DNA of 64,000 nt from the human T2T-CHM13v2.0 reference genome, Homo sapiens. The DNA lies in assembly GCF_009914755.1 (NCBI RefSeq), contig NC_060932.1, one strand, 5' to 3'. Of the stretch, positions 13,941-30,683 are shown in pieces. The translations under genes and the position numbers were made by a program. The notes under the pieces are model-generated. The model saw only the letters and a program-made list of their open reading frames with translations, did no database searches and had not been told where the DNA came from. Every line of letters starts with the position of its first letter. Within the stretch, counting starts at the first letter, position 1.

Positions 13941-14123
13941 CCATATTTCATCAATTCTAAGATGGACCTTTTTTCACTTTTCAATATCTCTGAACTGGGA
14001 GGTGTCTCACAATGGAGGATGCTTTGCAGTATAACTAGTAGCAGCATTTTTTTTCTCTTTTAGTGATACATAATTAAATGCTAGCCTTCCTATCAGTGGC
14101 GTCTTCGATTAAGTGAAACACAG
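13941..14123. mobile_element. Non-autonomous Tc1/mariner-type relic, MER104-like
   Basis: Imperfect terminal inverted repeats ccatatttcatcaattctaaga ... tcttcgattaagtgaaacacag. Confidence 0.7.
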
Positions 14124-14450
14124 TCATGCATTTCTTCCAGAGAGCTGAAAGCACATTCCTCATGTCATTGCTCCTCAAACCCACCTTGAAAAAGAAAACA
14201 CTATAACAAATTTCGATATAGGACAGCAAGCCACAGAAGCGAAAAATTCACAAGTATGTTTTTTCAAGTATGCCTTACAAACAGAACACATAATAATTCA
14301 CAGTTTTAAAGACCAACACTTTTTATATCTAAGTATTTCTTTATGTGAGCTCAGATCAGCTTTACCACTAAGTGAATTATAGTGCCAGGGTTACAAGTAT
14401 CACTTCAGTTTTCAGAGATTTAGGGTTTCAGAAGTTTGGATAAGAGATTA

Positions 14451-14752
<302 letters not shown>

Positions 14753-14979
14753 GAGAGAGAGAGACGATGGGTTTGTATTGCGGCTGGCTACTGAATTTTA
14801 GCAGGTGCCTGTACAATATCGATCAATATGATGTATGTTCACCTTTAATTTGTCAATGTAATAAATTATGTTGGTAAATTTTCTGTTATTGAAACATCCG
14901 TACATTCCTGGAAAAATACTATTTGATTACAGCATATTAGTCTATTTGGCACATGGATGGATTCTTATTTGCTAATTAT

Positions 14980-15270
14980 TTTGTTTTGAGACAGTGTCTC
15001 ACTCTGTTGCCTACGCTGGAGTCCCACGACCTAATCTTGGCTCACTGCAACCTCTGCCTCCCAGGCTAAGGTGATCCTCCCACCTCAGCCTCTCGAGTAG
15101 CTGGGATGACAGGCATGTGCTACCATGCCCTACTAAATTTTTTATTTTTTGGTAGAGACAGGGTTTTGCCATGTCATGCAGGCTGGTCTCAAACTCCAGA
15201 GCTCAAGTGACCTGCCCATCTCAGCCTCCCAAAGTACTGGGATTGCAGGTGTCAGCCATCACACTCGGCC
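14980..15270 (-). mobile_element. Alu (AluJ-type)
   Basis: Diverged reverse dimer, TSD tatttgctaa. Confidence 0.95.
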
Positions 15271-15779
15271 CTATTTGCTAATATTTTATTTAGAATGAGA
15301 ATCTATATTCCCAAGGGAGATTTGTCTATGAGGCATTAGCATTAAGGTGCGCTGGCTTTGTAACAGATATTGAGGAGCTCTCTTTTTTTTTTTTTCTATC
15401 TTCTTGAGTGGTTTCATAACAGTGGGGTTATCTGTTCCTCACAGGCTAAATAGAACTCAGTTGTGAAGCCATCTGTGTCTGGGGCCCTTTCAAATAGTAA
15501 ATCTTTAAAGACATTTCCAATTTCTTCTATAGGAATGATCTATTCCCATTTTTTCTCCTCTTTGTGCCATTTTGATGATTTATATGGTTTATAGATCTTT
15601 AATTTCATCTACATTTTCCAATCTGTTGCCATAGTTTTATGTAGCATTGTCTTGTAATTATTATACTCTGTTCTCTTTTTTGATTGTGATGTTTTTCTTG
15701 TTCCTAATATAAATGGAATGTTCTTTTAATTAAAATTATAATTTGTAATTGCATAAAATCATCTGAAGCTTTACATGAC

Positions 15780-17340
15780 TAAATTAAGTCTTAACCTAGC
15801 TTTATAATTATGAAATAGAAGATTGTAATCAAAACCGCATGAAATTGGAATAATAAAAGTAGACAACAATCATCAGAGCAGAATAAAAAACATACAAACA
15901 GATTTTGGTAAATACAGGAATCGCGTATGTGAAAAAGATAGCATTTTAATTCAGTAGAAAGTGGATAGTTTATTTTAATAAATGGTATTAGGAAAATGAC
16001 TATTTACCTTAAGGAAAATACAATTGAACCCCTACCTCACATGATATTAAAAAATAAATTCTAGGTGTATGACTGAAAAAAATAAAAAACAAAAATGTAA
16101 TTAAAAGAAATGTAAGAAACTGTGTATATAACCCAGAGTTTGGAGACAACTACTAACAAAGATAAAATACCCAGAAGCGAAGAGAGAACAAAAAAAGTAC
16201 AAATTCATAAACATTAAAAATATTAGATGGTATAAGAAACTACTCATGAAGTTCGTAGATAAGCAATAGATTGGGTAAGAGATTGCAAAGCATCAGATAA
16301 ATGTGTATTCATAATATATACAAAGCTCATAAACTTTTGACAGGAAGTATATTGCAGCATATAATTCATTCAATAGAAAAATGTGTAAAGATAAGAAATA
16401 GGAAGTTAGTGCAACACAAACCCAAATAGTAAAATGTTTGTTATAATTATTGTTTCATTTGTTCCTTCACGCTCCATTTCTAGGATTAATCTTCTGTGAG
16501 AGCTGGAATCTTTGTTTTATTCATTGCTGAATCCAAATTGCTAAACCAATGTCTGGCACAGAGTGTGGGCTTAATAAATATTTATTAGACAAAACATGAA
16601 ATATTATTGGAAGAAGCAATCTTTTAAATTCTTTTAAAGGGCAATCTTTTAAATTCTGTTAAAATAAAAAAGCACTCATACCTTTTGAGTTTCAGTCCCA
16701 CTCTGGACTATCTCAGGTTAATAAAACATCATTATATAGACACATGTGAGAGATGAAAATGTTTGTTGTAGTAATAGTTGGAAAAACAATCCCCTCCCCC
16801 GAAAAAAAATCCCAAACAGAAAACAACAATGTAACTGCCCAGCAATTAAAGACTTGTTGAATAAATCTACACTCTATAAATCTCTCACACAACTACTAAA
16901 AAAAATGTGCTGGATCTTCACCAGTGAGGTCAAGAGGAATTTCGGTACCATGTTGTTACACGAGAAAAGTAAGACCCAAAGAGGTGCATGAGGGAATCCC
17001 ATATTTGCAAACACCAAATGAAAAGAAACCTCTATTCAGGCGTGTAGATATGTTTGCATATTACACAGAAAGAGGCTGGGGAGGATGAACACCAAGTTGT
17101 TTACTGTGGTTATTGTTAGAGGAAGGGAGAGTACAAAACAGAGGTGTGGTGTAAGGCAAAACAAAACAAAAAAAAAACCAGCGGACTTAAAAAACGGTGT
17201 GTGTGCTAATGCAAAGCAGGTCCCCCCAAAGTATTTTCTAAATGGATTTTGGATTATAAGACTTCATGTGACTTTGACTTTCTTTCTTTTAATTGTATAT
17301 ATTTCTTAAATTCTTTAATACTAAGCATATATTATTGATA
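15780..17340 (+). mobile_element. Degraded old L1 fragments (with possible L2 piece)
   Basis: A-rich ORF2/3'-UTR-like sequence; boundaries approximate. Confidence 0.55.
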
Positions 17341-18029
17341 CAAGCAGAAAAATAAAAGGAGGATTTGAGTGATTTGCCCAGCAACAGAGGAGCATAAGGC
17401 CTGGAGCCAGGGCCAGCCTGCAGTTCTTGACAATGACCGTTAAGTGGCCAGCCAGGGCTGCCTGAACCTCAGGCCTTTCGTGGCCTCTCTCAGCCTCCCT
17501 GACTCAACGAAGGGCCAGTGGTCAGCAGCTCCTAGTATATTCCCCAGACTTGGACTCATACTTCCGCATCTGCCCAGGTGACCAGCCCTCTTGTCTTTCT
17601 TAGTCTGGCCAGCCATATTGCCATTGACTTTAAGCTTCCTGGCAAACACCTGTGTCCACTGAGACAACATAATTGAACATTGGTTGTTCAATTTATTGAA
17701 CAAAGAACCGGACAGAAAGTAAAATTCCTAAGATTAAATGACCCACTACTTACACTTCTGTCCTTTGACTCCTTAGCAGTGTGTGTGCAGATGATTTTCC
17801 ATGGGTCTCATGAGTACCTCAGGTCTCTATGGGTCCCCCTACTCCAGTGGCTTTGACTGGAGACCTGGGTTCCTCAAGAGGCCATGGGACAACCAGGGCT
17901 GTCACTGGTGCTCGGGCTGCACCCAGCAGTTTCAGGTTGGGTGAAGCCAGGAAGTGCAGAAGTCCAGACAGAGGCAAAACGCATCACACACTGGCTGGGG
18001 CTCCAGATGGCTTTGCTGCATTGTGGGAA

Positions 18030-18243
18030 GGGTGTGAGTCTGTGTATGTTTGTGAGAGAGTGGGAGAGGAAGCATACACACTTATGTGCACTTGTGTGTG
18101 TGTGAGAGCGAGAGCATGCGTGTGAATACACATGTGTGTATGTGCTTGAATATGTGTGTGTATATATGTGTGTGTGTGTCTATGTGTGCACGTGTATATG
18201 CATGTGTGAGAGAGCATGCATGTGCACCGTGTGCATGTGTGTC
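18030..18243. repeat. Degenerate (TG)n microsatellite
   Basis: TG/CA/TA alternation. Confidence 0.9.
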
Positions 18244-19547
18244 TAGTCGGGGGAGTCAGCAAGAGGAGGGGAAGTGGGAAAGGGGAGTTGTTTGTTTATT
18301 TGAAACCAGCTAGGCCCTCTAATGCAGACTTTCACCAGAGCAGGGCAGTCAATGTTTGCTTTGGGAGATGCTCAAAGCCTGAAACACAGCTTCAGTCAAA
18401 CAAGGGGTGTGGTGGAGGCATCAACTAAAAATAGAGAAACTAGAAACCCCTTATTTGCACTTGGCTAGCATGACATGGTTGAAAAGCACTTGACGGATAA
18501 CGAGTTTTTCTTTTTTTCTAATACATGTTTGCCTTGATAAATTGGTTACAGTTATCCTCATTTTACCACTGAAGAAGGCGAGGCGAGGTGGCTTGGTAAG
18601 GTCATGCTGAAGGTGGCAGAGCTGGCAGCTGGAGGGTGTTACTGTCTCCAGGGCTGCTTGAGCCCTCTGCACAAAACAGGTGTACCTGTGGCCCTGCCTG
18701 AGGCTCTGTGTCCCTTGGAGGGGACAGTTCAGATTCCCTATCATCTCCCCTGTGGCAAAATAGTTTTGCTATTTTGTATCTGGAAGCCTTGCCATGTTAT
18801 GTGCTGGAGGCTTTGCCTTTCTGATTTGACCTGCCAGACATAGGTGGGTAGCATCCAGGTAGAACAGGGGTACCTACTGGCAAAGCTGGGACTCACCCTG
18901 GGTGTCGCGATCACAATGCCATGCTAGCTGCCGGCATGAGATCCCATATGGAGCATCTCACCAACATCCAGAATTCCAAATTCTCCCAGTACAAACCACC
19001 AATGCTATACTCATCTTGTAAATGAAGAAAGTACGGTGATTGGCCTATGGCTCTGAATTAAAGAAGGGGCCAAAGAATTTGAGTTAAAATTCATGTTTCA
19101 TGTCTCAACTCAGGACAACACCACTGAAATGAGGCTTCCTCACCTTTGCCCTAATACTGACCTCTCCACATGTGAACCTGAAACAGCCCCGATAACAGTT
19201 CCTAGCAACGAGGTTCTTCTATTCATTCAGCCACAGACATTCAGTTGCTGTCAACCATGAACTATGTCAGGCATAGCGGAAGGTACAGGCATGAAACAAG
19301 GATGGAGCCCACTCTCACAGGAAAATAAGGAGGAAAGGCATGCACCCGATTCCATCAGTTCAGAGTGGGCATGATTCTGTACCAAAGAGAGGCCTGGGTA
19401 AAGTGTTTTGTGAGCTCAGCAAAAAGAAATTACTTCCACCTGGGAGAAAACGCTAGCCAGACCTGAGAAGGATGGCTACAACAGATTTTTTTAGATGAAA
19501 ACTATTTTTTATGAAACCTTCCAAAATATACTAAAGTCAAGAATATT

Positions 19548-19862
<315 letters not shown>

Positions 19863-20887
19863 AATATTAATAATAATAGAACTCTTCTACACTCATCACC
19901 CACATTCAATAATTATCTTTAAAATTGTTTTCTGGGTTGCAGTATTTTACATCATATCATTTTATTTCCTCTAAATGAATGAAACTTGGAAACAACACGA
20001 AATCAATGTAGTGAAGTAAGTCATTTCACCACCCCATATTTTGCATTTGTTTCTAAAGCATGGAGACATTTGCTCACATAACCCCAATGTTACTTCATCA
20101 CATCTAACAAAACTAGCAATATTTCCATGGTATCATCTAACCATCCAGCCATTGAACCCAATTCATAATCACATTTTAACAATTGACTTAAAAATAGCTT
20201 CTTGCTTAGTTTGTCCTACTCAGGATTCAAACAAGGTTCGTATATAACTCAACGTCTTAGGTTTCCTTTAAACAGGAGTCCCTTCTGCTCTGACTTTGGT
20301 TAGTTTCAAGCCTTTGATTTGTAAAGGCCAGTCCTATAGAATGTTCTCCATTTTGGATTTTGCGTCCTTGTGATGGTTCATCACTTGCTCTTCCCTCTCG
20401 TCCTTCTTACACATAGAGTTACCTCTGTAGGCTCCATTAGATTCAAGCTCAGCCCCTCTTGGTAGAGATGCTGTCGAGGAGGTGATCTGTGCTCCATGTT
20501 GCATCCTACCAGGAGGCTCACAGTGTTTACCTGCACCATTTTAGTGATGCTAAGATAGGTCGAGGCTCAGGCATCCCTATTCCTCCATTGACAAGTTCCT
20601 CACCGACATTTAAAAGTCCCATTAGTGGTTACAAAATGGGCGTGCTCTGATTCCATCAGTCCTTCCACACTTGTTAGTTGGGAGTTGAAAGAGCAAAGGA
20701 TGAGAAACTGGGAACACTAGAAAAAAATACCAGGCATACTCCCAACAGGGTTGGGTAGTATTTCAGAAATAGGTGTTTTTCCAAACACATGAAGATAGAA
20801 AACACGTTCAGAAAACAAAGCTTTTCCATTGCTGGATTGTAGAGTGTGTGCTACAGTCATTCACAGCTAATGCTTTGTGCAATATAT

Positions 20888-20927
20888 CCCTTCCTTTCCT
20901 TTCCTTCCTTCCCTTCCCTTTTCCTTC

Positions 20928-20984
<57 letters not shown>

Positions 20985-21061
20985 TTTCTTTCTTTCCTTT
21001 CCTTCTTTTCTTTTTCTTTCTCTCTCTTTCTTTCTTTCTTTCCTTCTTTCTTTCTTTCTTT
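20888..21061. repeat. (CTTT)n / (CCTT)n polypyrimidine tract, expanded Alu tail
   Basis: Seen directly; abuts the reverse Alu. Confidence 0.97.
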
Positions 21062-21353
21062 CATTCATCTGTCTGTCTCTTGTCACCCAGACTGGAGTGC
21101 AGAGGCGTGATCATGGCTCACTGCAGCCTTGAACTCCTGGGCTCAAGTGATCCTCCCACCTCAACCTCCCGAGTAGCTAGGACCACAGGCACGTGCTGCC
21201 ATGCCTGGCTAATTTTTTAAACAATTTTATGTAGAGGTGGGATTTCATCATGTTGCCCAGGCTGGTCTTGAATGCCTGGACTCAAGCAATCCTCCCACTT
21301 CAGCCTCCCAAAGTTCTGGGTTGGATACAGGCATGAGCCGCTGCATCTGGCCT
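21062..21353 (-). mobile_element. Alu (AluJ-type)
   Basis: Diverged reverse dimer. Confidence 0.93.
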
Positions 21354-22075
21354 CCTTGTGCAATACTTTTAAATGCCAGCAGAATCTTTTCCCAGCACTA
21401 GCACAGAGCCTGATGGTGAGAGGCTGCTCTGTAACACCTGGCTGGGTGTGTAAGGGCCTTGGGCACGTGTGGCCCCTGCAAAAGGCTGACCTAGCAATGC
21501 CAACCTGTGACTTTTAGGTACTTCGGCACAGTTAGGAGGAGAAATTATGTGGCCATTTCAATTTTTTAAAGTGAAAAGATCTTTTGTGGAAATTCACCTC
21601 CCCCCATTGTGGTAAAATTGATAGAAAAGATTTTCAGGTGGTAAAAAGTTTGAGGGGGCTGAGCAGACCTTCAGGAAGGAAGGAAGAAGGCATTTTTATA
21701 AAGCTGTGTTAAGTCAAAGACAGACACTTGTTTATCGAGTCACCTACATTTGATTCTGCTAACAGAGAAGCTTGAAATTCATTAGGTAATTCTGGGGACG
21801 GATAAAATTCCTTTATGTGAGTGAATTTTTTTGGGGGGGGAACACCATGTAAATTTATGTTTTAAAAAACTCTCACAGTAGTGATTATTAAAATATGTTA
21901 GCAATATGCCAAAATGTTAATCCAACTACAGTTGTGTCTTGTATTGATGAGACTATGGGCCTTAACCTATTTTTCAATTTTTAACTTTTTGCATTGTTTG
22001 CATTTTGAAAAATTAAATGAGAAATCAAATCATGGGTCATTACTTCCCAATGGAGTCAGTTATGATTCTTTGGCA

Positions 22076-22229
22076 CAATAGTTCTGAAACCTCAGTTTGC
22101 ATTTTAACCAGCAGGGGAGTTTGCAGACTCCCAACCCCAGCCCCAGCAGTGCTGGTATCTGCATTTTTAAAAAATGCCCCCAGTGATGCTGATGCAGGCA
22201 GGTCATGAGCTCCACTTCATGGAGACCCT
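22076..22229. mobile_element. MER5A-like hAT-Charlie relic
   Basis: atctgcatttttaaaaaatgccccagtgatgctgatgcagg motif. Confidence 0.65.
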
Positions 22230-22552
22230 TTCTTCAATTGGCCGAGCTTCTGGATCATGACTTGTGACAAGGATTGAAAGGCAGGCCCGCCAACACGGGG
22301 CATTCCCTCCTTTGAGTCTCCCATAAATAATGCCTGCAGTTTTACTGCCAGTGATCCTCTTGTCTCTCCATGAAATGAATTATTTCTGTCCTCCATACAA
22401 ACATTTCTTACATATTAGTATATTTCTGCATAGCTTTTTGACAGAGGGAAATAACTTCCCTTTTTATAATAACTCACACCTCTGTGGTACTTTCCAGCCT
22501 GCAAAGCATTTTCCCACATGAGCCTCATGAGGACCCTGTAAACTAGATAGAT

Positions 22553-22667
22553 CCTCCCCCTCCCCATCTCCCTCCCTCTCCCCCTCCGTCTCCTCCACCT
22601 CCCCTTCCCCCTCCTCCTACTCCTCTCCTCCTCCTCCTCCTCCTCCTCCTCCTCCTCCTCCTCCTCC
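22553..22667. repeat. C/T-rich tract with (CCT)n
   Basis: Seen directly; gives the poly-E and poly-R ORFs. Confidence 0.97.
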
Positions 22668-23740
22668 GGCAGACAGGGAAGAAACTGAAGCACAGAAGAG
22701 AGATTTGAGCCACATCTCTGACTTCAAACCCTTGGTCTTTCCCACGGAGGTTCACACGTATCTTACCCAGATACACATCTGGTCACGACTTGAACCTCTC
22801 TTAAAAGGCCCTGGACATCATTCAATCCTTTGGAGCTGTTTCTCCAATGTTTCCTTGGCAGAACCCAGAGGTGGAATGTGTAAGAAGGGAGCGTGCAGTG
22901 AGAAGCACCTCCATCGGGTTTGAGGGTGCAGGAGAACATTTAGACTGAAAGGTTCTCTTTTATGCTTTCAAACATGAGAATGGAAAATGTTAAAGAAAGA
23001 AAAAGAAAAGAAAAGGTCTCAGGCCTTTAACATGCTTGGGTTGATTGTAATTACTGAGTGGATCTAGAGACACAGATGTCCTGCTAGAGAGGCAGAGATT
23101 TAAAATTAACTCATAAAACGGTTGCAGGATTTGCCTATCACATAAAAACATGAATACTAATGATGCTGGCACAGTGCCTAGTACACCTTCTGACTCAAGG
23201 CTGGGCATTTTACTGCATGCTTTTCATGTATTATATGTAGCCCTGACAGCAGACATATACCTTCCCATTTTACAGATGAAGAAACTCAGGCTCCTTGAGG
23301 CTTAAGGGCTTGCTGAAGGTACAGTAAGTCACAGAACTGTTATTCAAAAACCAATTTTATCCACAGGTAACTTAACAGTGTGCCACATGCAAGTGTGACA
23401 CTCTCTAAAGAAACACGATAATATTCAGCGCTCACTAATCATATTCAGCACTCATAGTGCCTGTCATCCAGTAACAATTGCCAGGCATGCAAAGAAACAG
23501 AAAAACATGACTCTCAACTAGGAGAAAAGTTAATTGAGAGGAACATGAGCAGAAATTGCACACATTTTGATATTAGTAGACTAGTGCCTTAAAACAGAAA
23601 TGACAAAAATATATAAACTGGTTCAAATATATAACTGAAAGCAATAAGACAATGAAGAGAGAAAATGAAGACATAAAAAAATTAAATGGGTCTCCTAGAG
23701 ATTAAAAAAAATACAATATCTGAAATTAAGAAAAAAGAGA

Positions 23741-24392
<652 letters not shown>

Positions 24393-26393
24393 AAAACTCT
24401 AGATGGGATGAATAGTACATTGGGTGCTGCAGAAGGAAGGTCAGAGGGCTTGGAGACACTGCAATTGAAAGTACCCACAGTGAAGCACAGGGAGAAAAAG
24501 GTGAACATAAACAACAGAGCATCAGTGACTGGGGAGAAATTAGCACGCAGTCAGAAGACACGTAACTGGGCTACCAGAAAGACTATGAAACTTAAAGAAA
24601 CCAAAAATGGAAATTCCAAATTTGATAGAAGCTATAGACCCGAAGACTCAAGAATATCAACCCCAAGTATGAAGAAAACCACACCAAGGTACATTATAAT
24701 CGTATTGTTGAAAACCAATGATAAATAAAAACAATCTTAAAAGCTGCTTTAAAGAGGTACATTATATTCTTAGAAGAAAACCTAGAAGGAAATCTTTGTG
24801 ACCTTGGTGTCACAAAGGATATAAAGAATATGAGTCAGAAGCATACAAACGTGACCTTCTATTCCCTTAGAATAGATTATTCCCTTAGAATAGAAGATCA
24901 TAAAGTATACAAGAAAAATTGATAAATTAGACTTTTCAAAATTAAGAACTTCTGCACTTTAAAAACACCATTAAGAAAAGAAATAGCTAAACCAGAGACA
25001 GGCAGGACATTTTTGAAAAACATGTATCTATATGAGAATATGTAATTAACTTTTAAACTCTATAAAAGAAGCCAAAAATTCAATTTAACAAACAGTTGAA
25101 CAAAGAAGACAGCTGAGCAGCACACAAACCCATGAACAGGTGTTCGGTGTCGTCAGTCATTAGGGGAATGGCAACTAAAACCACAGTGAAATGCCACCAC
25201 ACAACCACCCAGATGCTAAAATTAGATGACCGATCATACCAAGTGTTGGCAAGCATATGGAGAAACTAGAATGCTCACCTGAGGCTGATGGTAAGGTGAA
25301 ACGAAATAACTTTAGGAAACAATTTGGGAGCTTCTTAACCTGTGACCCAGATATTTCACTTCTTGTTGCTTATCCAAGAGAAATAAAAACATATGACCAC
25401 AGAAAGACTTGACATATATGTTCTTAGCATTGTTACTCATATTAATTAGCTCCCAGCTGGAAACAACCAAAACGTTCAGTAACTGGAAAAATCTTTTCGA
25501 CTTTTCACTTAAAATGTTGCTGATTCTTTTTGTTTTGTTTTTCAGAGTAAAGAAAACTTCTACTGAGCTATTTACAACTTTTAACAATTGAGCAAAATAT
25601 ACTCCTGTAAACAAAATTTAGAGCATATTTCTTTCTCTTTACCTGCCTTCTCCAGAATTTGGAAATTATCTGTGACTATTTTTAACATAAGGCAATATAG
25701 TTACTTGAGTAAGTTCAATAAGAATGTGTTTTCTTTTGTAGCAAGACACAGTTGGAGACACTGCTTATTTTACCAAGGCTTTGACTGAAATGACATATTT
25801 TCAGACTGCTTTAAGAAATCGAGGCTGACCTACAGAGCTGATGAAAGCCCCTTGGAGGAACTGGCCTCCTACCTTGTCCTGTACAGGATTCCCGACCTGT
25901 GGCAAATAAAGAATGTCACTTTCTGACAGGCCCAGGAACTCCAAGCTTTGTTGGGACCTCAAGAAGAAAGGAATTCACCCAATTCATACAAGTATCTGCA
26001 GGCACAAATAAATCCTTGGCTGGGCTCAAGAGACTTTTAAAAGGTCTAATCTGAGATTCCTTATGAAAAAAATTCCAGCAAAGCCAGTTAGAAAAAAAGA
26101 GCCTATATGGCCAATAATTATTCTTGCTGCACTTTATGTAAATAATTAGGCAAAGTATAATAAGGCAAGCTTATTTTGCAAATAAATTGGTCTTGTCTTT
26201 AGTAAAAATAAACTGGAGAGAGAAAAATTATGTTTCAAAACAGCTACAGCACACCTGTTATTAGATTCCAGCCTCATCCATTGTTCTTGAGCTTCTGCTG
26301 ATGACCCCATATTTGGTTGATTTTTGGGGTTATTCACCTGGATTCCTTGAGGCTTCAGGTCAGTTCTACAGGGACTCCTGAAGCTAGGACTTT

Positions 26394-27094
26394 TGAAACT
26401 GCCGCTGCAAAATTACAACTGAGACAGTGAAAGAGATCTAACCTAACCAACTGCATCTTGCTTCTAACCTCCAAGCTGTCCTTGGTCATTCCTGGGCATA
26501 GGCTGAACTAATTTTGGGAAGAAGTTAATTTATAGTTTGTAGTTAAAAATGAAGACAATAACAGCGCATTCCAGAAGAACCCTCCTTCTTTCCTGGGAAC
26601 TAGATGCCTTTGTAGGACTAACAAATTAGCCACAGGATTAGAAATTATGATTTAGGAGTCATGCAGCTGGAGGCTACAAGATTCTGATCTCCCACCCCCC
26701 AAACTGCTCCTAAGATCAGCGCTTGAGATATTTTGCAGACCTGGCACTTGATGGATCAGCTGGCACCACCCAGATCAAGAAACCAGCTCATCTGATCTGT
26801 GGCTCCCACCCAGGAATTGACTCAGCGCAGGAAGACAGCTTTGACTCCCTGTGATTTCATCTCTGACCCAACCAATCAGCACTCTCGACTCACTGGCTTC
26901 CTCCACCCACCAAATTATTCTTAAAAACTCTGATCGCCGAATGCTCAAGGAGGCTGATTTGAGTAATAATAAGACTCCGGTCTTCCACACAGCTGGCTCT
27001 GTGTGAATTACTCTTTCTCTTTTGCAATTCCTCTGTCTTGATAAATTGGCTTTGTCTAGGCAGCGGGCAAGGTGAACCCACTGGGCAATTTACA
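26394..27094 (+). mobile_element. Solo LTR8 (ERV1)
   Basis: TG...CA termini (tgaaactgcc...gggcaatttaca), ~700 bp, 4-bp TSD CTTT on both sides. Confidence 0.9.
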
Positions 27095-27119
27095 CTTTCA
27101 CTCCTTATATTAGGGCTAA

Positions 27120-27480
27120 TTATTATTATTACTATTATTTTAAATTTTAAGTTATGGGGTACGTGTGCAGAATGTGCAGGTTTGTTACATATGTAAACGT
27201 GTGCTATGGTGGTTTGCTGCACCTATCAACCCATCACCTAAGTATTCGGTCCAGCATCCATTAGCTATTTTTCCTGATGCTCTCCTTCCCGCTCCCCAAT
27301 AGGCCCCAGTGTGTGTTATTCCCCTCTGTGTGTCCATATGTTCTCACCGTTCAGCTCCCACTTATAATTGAGAACATACAGTGTTTGGTTTTATGTTCCT
27401 GCGTTAGTTTGCTGAGGATAATGCCTTCCACCTCCATCCACTTCCATGCAAAGGACATAATCTCGTTCCTTTTTACGGCT
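27120..27480 (-). mobile_element. L1PA (mid-age primate) 3' end
   Basis: Reverse L1 3' UTR (gtgcaggtttgttacat, cagctcccacttata); probable TSD ggct(a/c)attatt. Confidence 0.9.
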
Positions 27481-27751
27481 CATTATTTTTCTTCTTAAAT
27501 GCTGTACTAAATCTGTGGATAAGAGCACCAATGTTTTCGTTATACACATGTTGGACCCCAACAAGTTGCACTTGAATACATACAGGCAACTGCAAGACAC
27601 TTCCACTCCTTTTACCCTGGGGTCAACCCCTCCCCCAAATATGCCCCCTGTCAGCAGGAAGAAGTTAGAGCAATCATTAGCCTTTTCTCATCTCCGTAGC
27701 TAACACCTCAGGATTGAGGGGTGCTGAAGCCCAAGTGTGTGTGAGGGGGAT

Positions 27752-28758
<1,007 letters not shown>

Positions 28759-29513
28759 AAAAAAAAAAAAAGAAAGAAAAATTCTAGATAAGGCAAAGCT
28801 ATGGTTCTAGAAAGTAGATCAGTGGTTGGAGGTAGCATAAGGGGTATGAACAGAAAGGGCTAAAGGAAACTTATTGGGGTGGTGAAAATGTTGTCCATTT
28901 TGATTGTGGTGGACTTTATACAAGAGTATATATTTGCAAAAATGCATAATTGTGCCCCAAATGGGTGAATTTTGTGGAATGTTATTTACACCCCCTTAGA
29001 GGTGACTTTTAAAAAGAGCATTGCAAGCCATTGAAGGGTATTGAGTTTTGTATAGTCTTTGGTGTGTTGAGTTTTGTAAGCTGGTAGAAAAAGCTTATTG
29101 CTGTCTAGACGTCCACATTAAGCCTTAAGGACAGTGAAAGACCCCTTGCGAGCATGCACGTACAGGAAAGAATAAGCGACACTAGGACGTCCTCTAACGA
29201 AACTGCAAATAAGAATGACATGAGTTATAAGAAATAAGGATAGCCGAGTGTGACCCCCAAGCACATAAAAGAAAACGAAAGAGGCTTCATAAAACCTTGA
29301 TATTTGGGAAATTCTCCCTCAAATGGCAAATTTTAATGACATAGTATCAGATGGCCTTCTCTATGTATTCAATTATCCCACTTAATTCTACAGAACAAAA
29401 TTTACATAGTTATATTATTGTAGTGCCTGATTTTCAACTGAAAAAGTTTTGAGTACTAACCTACTGATGAAACACAGTAAAATTATATAAGCACTGAACA
29501 CAACAGAATATAA

Positions 29514-29831
<318 letters not shown>

Positions 29832-30173
29832 TAATATGTAAAAATAACAGTATAACAAAAAAGTAGGATGTGAATTTGAAAGCAGTGTTTGTGAGCAGGT
29901 GTTAACTTCAGATACTGCCTAAAGCTAATGAATTGAGACGTAAACATTTAAATATATTATTTAAAGTCATAAAGCCAATCACTAGGATACAAAACAGCTG
30001 ATAAAAATCTAGGAAATGGAGAGGGGAGTGTGCAGGTGAAAGCCAGGTAAGAAAAGAGACAGCATGATGAAGTGCATTCTGCATCTGTCAGTGTATTTAG
30101 CTCAGAGATATTGGCATTAGTATTTCTTGAAGTTGTAACTGTAATGAAAAGAATGTTTAAAAACAAAAGCTGC

Positions 30174-30683
<510 letters not shown>

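Larger units (their letters stand above)
25490..27751 (+). mobile_element. ERV1 (MER4-group) internal sequence, 5'-truncated, interrupted by a solo LTR8 and an L1PA
   Basis: MER4-int-like motifs (tttaccaaggctttgactg, aggtctaatctgagattccttatg), env-end motif cagcaggaagaagttagagc near 27652, polypurine tract gaggggga at 27743-27750. Confidence 0.75.

Noticed and set aside
20773-22776. Phe/Leu/Ser-rich, Lys/Glu/Arg-rich, poly-E and poly-R ORFs
   Set aside because: Products of (CTTT)n and (CCT)n repeats.
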